Below are positions 57,151 to 64,000 of a stretch of DNA of 64,000 bases, piece by piece. The stretch is from Candidatus Melainabacteria bacterium 17Bon1m (lineage in GTDB: Bacteria > Cyanobacteriota > Vampirovibrionia > Obscuribacterales > Obscuribacteraceae), in NCBI GenBank assembly GCA_032128875.1, contig JAVLKG010000002.1:64001-128000 (forward strand). Direction: 5' to 3'. Both the position numbers and the translations under genes were made by a program. Below the pieces are notes generated by a model. It saw only the letters and a list, made by a program, of their open reading frames with translations, did no database searches and was not told the origin of the DNA. The stretch's first letter is position 1. Each line of letters opens with the position of its first letter.

Positions 57151-60100
57151 ATGACTTTCTCCTTTCTAAAGGTATGTTTGCGTAGTGTTTTCATGACTAT
57201 AACTGAGGGTCCACAAGCAAGAAAGTTGTTCGTCGACAGATATCCTCTTCGGGATCGTCTGTTAGAGGCACTTTACGGCATGCAAGTACAGGACCGTATC
57301 CTATTTTTGCATGGACTCTCTGGTACTGGCAAAACGCTCTTACTGCAAGATTTCCGAAATTTCTGTCTTCACAAAGTTAGCCGAGCCACGAGAACTCAGT
57401 TTATAGAACTTGAGTTACCAGAGCGAATTGAGGCATTCAGAATATCGCAATCGGCAGACCGGTTTCCTACCGCGTATTTCGATTTTGCATTGAGCTCGTT
57501 TGAATCTCGTACAGTGCCTTCAATTCTATGCGAACTTCGCAGAATGCTTGAAACTGAAACACTTCACTTCCCCTTGTTTGAATTCGCACTCATGCATTAT
57601 CTGCGGATTACAAATCAGGATTTAAGCGAAACAACGAAAAAGTTAGTGCCTTCCCTCTTTGTAGATACTACAGCCTTCATCGCTGACGTTTTTGTAGTCC
57701 CGGTTGCTCTGCCGATTCCAACTCTACCAGGTACGATTAAAATAGGGAGTACAGTAAAGCTCGCTTTCAACTTTTTCGAAAAATACTTAAATAGATGGTG
57801 GACAGAATATTCCAAACATAGAGTTGATTTGGAAAGCGATTTTAACAAAGTTCTTGAACTGGAATACGAATCAGAAATTCTTGCCGAGTTACCTAGGTTA
57901 TTTGCAGAGGATCTAAATCGGGCAAGAAAACTTATTAGCAGAGATGACCCATATGGACGCATTGTATTAGCCTTTGATTCGCATGACTATGTGCAGGGAA
58001 AAGCTCAATTAGAGTCAAACTATGAAATTTTTGCGCGAGATGAATGGCTGAGAAAACTATTGCTAAGTTTAGATTTGACCTCCGGAATTCTTGTCGTTAT
58101 AGCAGGGCAAGATTGTCCCAATTGGCAAAACGCGCCCAGATGCAGGATCGAGAATTCGAGAGTTGAATTTTTGAACGTAACTTTCCTCGCTCGAGCAGAT
58201 GCAAGAGACTATCTTACTCTGAGTGGAATAACTGAAAGCCAATTCAAAGAGAAGCTGATTGATTTCGCAAGCGTTGAAGAAAATGAAGTGCATCCATTAC
58301 TTTTAGGACTTGCTGCGAATGCTGCGATAAATACTCCCGATGCCTTCGCAGACGCAGCAGAACTCACACCGATAAGTAAAGATCTCGAAAAGGCAGCAAA
58401 GGAGTTGATAGATCGATTTCTTAAGCACACCGACGCTGAAACACAATTGGCCGTCAAGGCTTTGGCAGTTTGCAGAACTTTCAACTTTTCGTTGTATGAG
58501 AAACTCGGGGAATGTTTGAAATTTGCTGTTAGCGCACTTCGCTTTGAGAAGTTGACCCGATTCTCTTTTGTTTCTGAACTGAAACCTGGAGTATTTTCCA
58601 TTCATGCACTACTCAGAAAGCTGATTACCAACGATGACGAGCTGTTGCTGTTTATCGAGAAAGTTGAATCCCTTTTACTGAAACATTTCAACGATCTTGA
58701 GAAGAATGGAATCATAGATGCAGAGTTTGAGGGATTGTATTTTAAGAACCGACTAGATTCTACAGCTGGAATTCAGCTACTAAGTGAAAAGTTTGAGGAG
58801 TCGCTGGCAACAGGAAACTTGAGGCGCTGTGAGTCATTAGTAAATGTGAGCTTTGAATTTCTTGCCACAAATTCAGTAGACCGTGCAATTCTTTCACAAA
58901 TTGAAGGGCGATTTTATTCGAGGTTAGGTAATTACCAAGGAGCACTTTGCTCGATAGGTGACTCGATCAAATGTCTATCGGAAATAGACGAACCCACAAT
59001 GGTAAGTACTGCTTTACTAGGAACTTCCAAAGGGCTAGAGGGTAGAATTCTCTCAAAAGATCATCGTTATCGCGAATCAAACCAAGCACTTTTAGAATCA
59101 AACGTAGATTATCTGAGGGCACTGGAGCTAGGCTCATCAAGCCCTTCTGTCTTGATGAGTTTAGCAAACAACTTTGTACTAATTGGCGAAAATCACTTTC
59201 GCCTTAGTGAGTATGGTGAGTCTCAGTCCGCTTACCAAAGTGCGGCTAATGTTTTTGAGAACCTAAAAACTTCAAGTACAGACTTCTATACTTCGCTGTT
59301 GAATAGAGCCATTCTTGTCACTCACGAAGTTGACCTTGCAATTGCTATGTCTATGTATGATGAAGCTTCTACAAAAATCAATTCAGCCTTTGACAGTCTT
59401 GCTGCGATTCCTGTAGATGTAAGTTTGAAATTTGTGGAACTGCGAAGGCAGATACTCATTCAGCATTCAATCTTGGCCAAGAACTTGCGCGCCCTAGGTT
59501 TTCACCGGGAAGCTGAAAGTCATTTGCACCAAATACTTTCAGCTTACGATTCAATGATTGCAGAAGTTCCTGGAGATAGCATTACCTGGCTAGAAAGAGG
59601 TAATGTCTTACGAGAAGTATCGCTCATTCAAAATGCTGAAGGAAGAGTCGTAGAATGCCGAGACACTCTCTTCGAAGCAGTAAATTCTTACACCAAAGCT
59701 AAGACCTTGGTTCCGCTGCCGAGGAATCAAGATTTTTGCGAAAGTGCTGCTTTAGCTGAGTTGTCTAATGTATGCCTAACTCTTGACCAGATTGATGAAT
59801 CTCACAATTTTGCAAAACGTGCACTGCAGCTTTCATACCAAGCAATTGAGTTGACACCAAAAAATCCTCAGGCTTGGAGATTGAACGCGGAAATATACCG
59901 AATTCTTGCTCAGATACATTTTTCATTGAATGAGCGCGATGGAAATCAAACGGGATTTCTTCGAAATCCTAATTTGCAGGAAGCACATTGCAATATTGGA
60001 TTGGCAGAAGGGGCGTATGTGAAGGCCTTAGACTTAGCCGAACGTGACGTCGAAATTCTTCTGAGCTTTGGAGTTTTCATGTCATTTTACGGTTACTCGC

Positions 60101-60555
60101 TTATACATTGTCGAATTGAAGGCGCACAGTATAAATTCTTGGATGCGTTAGCCTTGTTTGAACGTGCAAAGAAGGTGTCTCCGAAAAACGCCTTGGTGAT
60201 GAACAACATTGGCAGAGGAATTTATGAACTTGCTCTAGGGATAGATCAAGTCAACAAAAATAAATATCGCGTCGACTTATTTCGCCGCGCAAAGAATGCA
60301 CTTCACAAAGCCGAAAAGCTTTCGCTCAATCGAGGAGTCGATGGCGTGAGGTTCAATTTAATAGAATGTTGCTTCGCATTAGGTCAGACATATCTTAGTT
60401 CAGGACGAAAATTCAAAGCAATCAGCGAGTTTAAAGAAGTTCTGAAATTAGCTAGATTGATAAATATTGATTTCGCGTTTTATCATCTAGTGAATTTAGT
60501 GGTTGAACATGCGGAGTCTGCTCTTAAAGCAACTGAGCATTTAAATAATAAGTGA
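57151..60555 (+). CDS. large P-loop NTPase (STAND-like) with C-terminal TPR array
   Basis: FVDR, Walker A GLSGTGKT, Walker B-like IVLAFDS, VVIAG, HPLLL, IHALLR, then more than 500 aa of TPR-like helices. Confidence 0.8.
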   Translation: MTFSFLKVCLRSVFMTITEGPQARKLFVDRYPLRDRLLEALYGMQVQDRILFLHGLSGTGKTLLLQDFRNFCLHKVSRATRTQFIELELPERIEAFRISQSADRFPTAYFDFALSSFESRTVPSILCELRRMLETETLHFPLFEFALMHYLRITNQDLSETTKKLVPSLFVDTTAFIADVFVVPVALPIPTLPGTIKIGSTVKLAFNFFEKYLNRWWTEYSKHRVDLESDFNKVLELEYESEILAELPRLFAEDLNRARKLISRDDPYGRIVLAFDSHDYVQGKAQLESNYEIFARDEWLRKLLLSLDLTSGILVVIAGQDCPNWQNAPRCRIENSRVEFLNVTFLARADARDYLTLSGITESQFKEKLIDFASVEENEVHPLLLGLAANAAINTPDAFADAAELTPISKDLEKAAKELIDRFLKHTDAETQLAVKALAVCRTFNFSLYEKLGECLKFAVSALRFEKLTRFSFVSELKPGVFSIHALLRKLITNDDELLLFIEKVESLLLKHFNDLEKNGIIDAEFEGLYFKNRLDSTAGIQLLSEKFEESLATGNLRRCESLVNVSFEFLATNSVDRAILSQIEGRFYSRLGNYQGALCSIGDSIKCLSEIDEPTMVSTALLGTSKGLEGRILSKDHRYRESNQALLESNVDYLRALELGSSSPSVLMSLANNFVLIGENHFRLSEYGESQSAYQSAANVFENLKTSSTDFYTSLLNRAILVTHEVDLAIAMSMYDEASTKINSAFDSLAAIPVDVSLKFVELRRQILIQHSILAKNLRALGFHREAESHLHQILSAYDSMIAEVPGDSITWLERGNVLREVSLIQNAEGRVVECRDTLFEAVNSYTKAKTLVPLPRNQDFCESAALAELSNVCLTLDQIDESHNFAKRALQLSYQAIELTPKNPQAWRLNAEIYRILAQIHFSLNERDGNQTGFLRNPNLQEAHCNIGLAEGAYVKALDLAERDVEILLSFGVFMSFYGYSLIHCRIEGAQYKFLDALALFERAKKVSPKNALVMNNIGRGIYELALGIDQVNKNKYRVDLFRRAKNALHKAEKLSLNRGVDGVRFNLIECCFALGQTYLSSGRKFKAISEFKEVLKLARLINIDFAFYHLVNLVVEHAESALKATEHLNNK

Positions 60556-60698
60556 AATGGAAAAGTCTCTATTTATCTTTTTTGGAGTTAAGACGCAAAA
60601 CAAGATTTATCGACTAAGGTTTTTGCAATTAGCGTTTCAATGTGATCTTCTTCGTAGAAAGCTTGAAAGTGGAACGCATTCACTCGAATCTTGCAGTT

Positions 60699-61334
60699 TT
60701 AGGTGTTCAATGCTTGATTTACAATGCGCATTGTCATTGCCGAATATTCTGCATCTTTTTCAGTCATTTGCATCAAGTTTCGCTCGAGTAACTTTCTGTG
60801 AAACCCAGTTTTGCTAGCAATTCTTTCAAGAAGATCGTTGACTTTTGCAATGTGCTCAATCTTGCGAAGAATTACTTCCATTCGCGCTTTACTGTCAAGC
60901 TCCAGTTGCCTTATCGAAACTTCAGCTCGCGCCTCTCCCGTCTTCCAAGAAACAATGGGACCTAAATGTTTAACCAAATCTTCTACGTCGTCATTATATG
61001 GATCTAGAAATGGCATATTCGGATCGTCATAGTCATTTTTTCGTCTGTTGCATTCAGTGCACGCGATTGTGAGGTTAGACCATTCGAAATGTAGTAAATG
61101 ACTGGCTGTTGTTGCAATCTTGTGCTCCACATCTCCAGGAGTGTTGTGACCAATCTTACTTTCACAGTAAATACACTTGAAGCCGGTTTCGACCTTTAAT
61201 TGTTGTTTGATTTCAGGGTTACGGTATCTATATTTTTTTGTTCTGTTTGTCGGCTCCGCGATAAATTCCGCGGTCCAAACTGTTGCGTTGAGATCGAGGA
61301 TCGTTGGAATAGCTAATTTATTAAGATTGCGCAT
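60699..61334 (-). CDS. ptuB: HNH endonuclease, Septu PtuB-like
   Basis: KCIYCES..VEH..WSNLTIACTECNRRK..LDPY.DD; ATG 61334 overlaps the ATPase stop. Confidence 0.8.
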   Translation of the reverse strand: MRNLNKLAIPTILDLNATVWTAEFIAEPTNRTKKYRYRNPEIKQQLKVETGFKCIYCESKIGHNTPGDVEHKIATTASHLLHFEWSNLTIACTECNRRKNDYDDPNMPFLDPYNDDVEDLVKHLGPIVSWKTGEARAEVSIRQLELDSKARMEVILRKIEHIAKVNDLLERIASKTGFHRKLLERNLMQMTEKDAEYSAMTMRIVNQALNT

Positions 61335-62556
61335 CGTCTTTCTCCCACGACATTTCTGGAACACGATCTGCTAATCCCATTTCCCTCAACTCTTTCATTA
61401 CTTCTGTGGCTTTCTCTTCTGGAGAAACGTTTTGATTCTGTGCAATAACTCGTTTAATCCTATCTTCTACCCAAATTGGCAGGTTAGATGGGACGTCGAG
61501 AATGTTCCGCAAAATGCTGTCTGGTGTTCCAGAGAGATCAGCAAGATTTAGCCTTTGCGATTCAACGTTATTTTCCTTTGAGAAAAACATGCCATACACA
61601 GACGCGTCAGCAAATGATGACACGATGAAAGGACTGTGTGTGGCTACTATAAAACGATAGCCGGGAAAAGCTTTGGCTAGCGAAGGCAAAAGAGAGCGCT
61701 GCATGCTTGGATGTAAATGGTTCTCAGGCTCGTCTATTGTTACGGTGCATTTCTCTAGTGTTGAACCGTACATATGAATTTGCCATGCCATTCCGAAAAG
61801 TGCGTTTATTCCGCTGGACATGGAATCGAGAGTAAAGTCCCCGGATTTTGTTACTAGCACAACCTCAGGCATTCTTACTTCCAGTTTCTCGAACCCGAGC
61901 TCTTCTGGAAGCATTACACGAAGGATAGATTGAAATTCTTCAAACGTCTTTCTGTACTCGGGATTTGGCTGTACGACTTGATTTCCATAACCGAACATTG
62001 CAAGCGATATTATTGACTTCTTTTGTTCACTTCCCGGATTTCTACCGCTTCCTGAGGGGCCGTAAGTTTGAATCAAGAGACTTCGAAAGCTTTGATAGAT
62101 TAATTGAGCCGAGGCCGGGTTTGTTGGTATTTCAGTTATTCGATTGTAGACTGCGGGAGGATTGTGCGATGGGATATGCAGTCCCTTCACTTCCTTTTGA
62201 TTTTGAAAGGAAAGATTATATTCTGCCTGAACTAATGTCTGAGTTTTCACACTGCAAATTGAAGCGTCATCGTATTCAATAGTTCCAACTTCGCGCTCTT
62301 CTGAACTTTCAGCTGAAACAGTCCCGTTTTTTGCTTTTAAGATATCCGACCAAATTTGTTCAGTTTTCTTTGTTCCCCAGTAAGGGGTTGAAACAAAGTT
62401 CAAACTCCACCCAAAATGCCGACTCAAAATATTCAGGACTGTGGTTTTTCCACTACCATTTTGGCCTGTAAGGATTGTCACTTGCTTTGATAGGTCTAGG
62501 TCAATCTCAGCGAATTGGCGCCAATTACGCAAATGGATTCGATTGAAATGCAGCAT
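61321..62556 (-). CDS. ptuA: ABC/SMC-type ATPase, Septu PtuA-like
   Basis: NWRQF, GQNGSGKT, MSSG, IDEPENHLHPSMQR, VATHSP; coupled to the HNH gene. Confidence 0.8.
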   Translation of the reverse strand: MLHFNRIHLRNWRQFAEIDLDLSKQVTILTGQNGSGKTTVLNILSRHFGWSLNFVSTPYWGTKKTEQIWSDILKAKNGTVSAESSEEREVGTIEYDDASICSVKTQTLVQAEYNLSFQNQKEVKGLHIPSHNPPAVYNRITEIPTNPASAQLIYQSFRSLLIQTYGPSGSGRNPGSEQKKSIISLAMFGYGNQVVQPNPEYRKTFEEFQSILRVMLPEELGFEKLEVRMPEVVLVTKSGDFTLDSMSSGINALFGMAWQIHMYGSTLEKCTVTIDEPENHLHPSMQRSLLPSLAKAFPGYRFIVATHSPFIVSSFADASVYGMFFSKENNVESQRLNLADLSGTPDSILRNILDVPSNLPIWVEDRIKRVIAQNQNVSPEEKATEVMKELREMGLADRVPEMSWEKDDAQS

Positions 62557-62857
62557 GGTTTCAAAAACTCTTGACGAGATTGCGTGAGTAGTCGATTTTT
62601 TATGACGCTAAAACAGGTCAGCTCAAGGCTTCAATTGTCGGCGTGTTGTCAGGGCTAGGCTAGCTTTTACTCTCTGAGTTAGTCCAAGGTTACATTAAAA
62701 CTAACCGTTTGTATACTATCGTATGATTCTATGGCTTGAAAGGTTTGCGGCATAGCAAGTATGTTCGACTTTTCGGCGCTATAGTCCGTTGATGACGATT
62801 TTTAAGGCACAGTGCAATTTATCTTGGTTTCAGTCACTTAGAAAGCGCGAAATCGTC

Positions 62858-63253
62858 TCAACTTTTTCCTGTCTTGGTTTTCTTCGGAAGATGAATGGCG
62901 GTAGGTGCTCTTTTGGCTTCATCTGATTCTTCAGCAGATGGTTGAACACTTTTGAAAACAAATTGTTTGCTACCAAATGTTGCCGACTTCCAACCACCCA
63001 TAGGACCAAAGATTTCTGCTTTTACTTCCCCGTATTTTGATATCGCTTCAGCACGACTTAGCTCATGCATAATTAAAAACCATTTTGGATACAAGCATTG
63101 TAATTGACCATGGACTTTTAAAGCTTCCCAACGCTCCTCACCTAGCTTTTCTAGGATTTCAAATCCCCAGGCAACTGGTTCTCCACAGTATCCGTCAAAC
63201 ACACAAGCCTTGAAATCAGATAAGACAGATTCGTATCCGACCGGTTTTTCCAT
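62858..63253 (-). CDS. hypothetical protein
   Basis: ATG 63253 after GGGAG; FDGYCGEP..GQLQCLYPKWF. Confidence 0.6.
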   Translation of the reverse strand: MEKPVGYESVLSDFKACVFDGYCGEPVAWGFEILEKLGEERWEALKVHGQLQCLYPKWFLIMHELSRAEAISKYGEVKAEIFGPMGGWKSATFGSKQFVFKSVQPSAEESDEAKRAPTAIHLPKKTKTGKS

Positions 63254-63779
63254 TTCGTTTGCTCTCCCCAAAAAACAAGTTTGACTACTGTTTAGCTTCG
63301 TCGAGTTTGTTTTGATACCGCCGTCATCTACAATTCCCAACTGCTATCTTTCTTATCTGCCCGCGCCGTAGCCCATTGACTCGTGATCATCTTCAATTGC
63401 TAATTCCCCTCTCTCGGAAAACGAGAAACTGCCAAATATACTTCAACTTCAGCACAGGTAACATTCGTCTTGTAGGCTATACAAGTGCATTTTGTGATGG
63501 CAGAGAATTTTAGTTGCGGCGCTCAACGTTTATGGATGTGTAGTTTCAAAACAGTTCTCCCTACGAGGACGCCATTGAAGCGAACGACCAAACGCCATGC
63601 AATGAGAAAGACTACGAAAGAGCGCGTGGATATTTACTCTCATCGTTTTAGGCTAGGGTATCGCAAATTGGCGGCAAGATTTAATCAAATCCCGCATAAG
63701 TAACTGTAGAAAGTTCAGTTACCCGGGGAACAGTATTAGCTGGTGTCCCAGTTTTACAATTGCTCTGTGGGGGCCCATT

Positions 63780-64000
63780 GTGCGCCAGGTCTCACGATCT
63801 TTTGCCGCGATGCTTCTCATCGCGTTATGTAGCTTTTCTCCTGCCTTTGCAAGCAAATGCTATGGGTTAGATCCTTGCGAAGCTTGCAGAAACTGTCACG
63901 CCTGCAAGCATTGCTTTGAGTTGGGCGGGAAATGTGGCGTCTGCAAACGCGCTAAGTTCTCTACGAATCTTAGACTTTTAGTTTCTTCTCGAAAGCAACG
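63780..64000 (+). CDS. small secreted cysteine-rich protein (3' end beyond the window)
   Basis: hand translation from GTG 63780: MRQVSRSFAAMLLIALCSFSPAFA/SKCYGLDPCEACRNCHACKHCFELGGKCGVCKR...; not in the ORF track because it has no stop in the window. Confidence 0.75.
   Translation, partial: MRQVSRSFAAMLLIALCSFSPAFASKCYGLDPCEACRNCHACKHCFELGGKCGVCKRAKFSTNLRLLVSSRKQ

Noticed and set aside
60557-60817. 86-aa ORF right after the NTPase-TPR gene as a possible effector
   Set aside because: Overlaps the 3' end of the HNH gene antisense by about 120 nt and has no recognisable features
62557-62857. Possible retron msr-msd or tRNA upstream of ptuA (contains GTTCGAC)
   Set aside because: No a1/a2 inverted repeats, no cloverleaf and no reverse transcriptase found
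63485-63703. 72-aa ORF
   Set aside because: No RBS or motif, and composition is unlike neighbouring genes; coding status unsupported

Overview
Gene-dense 64-kb bacterial chromosomal window with no rRNA, tRNA, CRISPR array, transposase or integrase that I could recognise. The gene content (Ser/Thr kinase-TPR proteins, cyanobacterial-type RRM proteins, HAMP-PAS kinase/OmpR pairs, EF-hand-like acidic proteins, no photosynthesis genes) suggests a non-photosynthetic cyanobacterial relative such as Obscuribacterales/Vampirovibrionia. That assignment is inference only. From left to right: an FdhF/YdeP-FdhD-oxalate decarboxylase cluster; two-component and hybrid-kinase genes, including a receiver-Ser/Thr kinase fusion; an ABC exporter with a double-thioredoxin protein; a rhomboid-TPR protein; an RRM gene; a kinase-TPR gene followed by arr (rifampin ADP-ribosyltransferase) and redox/detox genes; a compact ArsR-centred locus whose promoters carry phased arrays of a palindromic octamer; grxC, a Nudix hydrolase and a sigma-70 factor; a run of orphan, TPR and HEAT genes; a second kinase-TPR paralogue; an AT-richer probable defence block (large P-loop ATPase-TPR convergent with Septu-like ptuA/ptuB); and a secreted 8-Cys mini-protein cut by the window edge. 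The best candidates for undescribed biology are the octamer-array ArsR locus (34.6-38.7 kb), the effector-less ATPase-TPR beside Septu, the receiver-kinase fusion, and a 24-bp element at identical spacing upstream of two unrelated genes.
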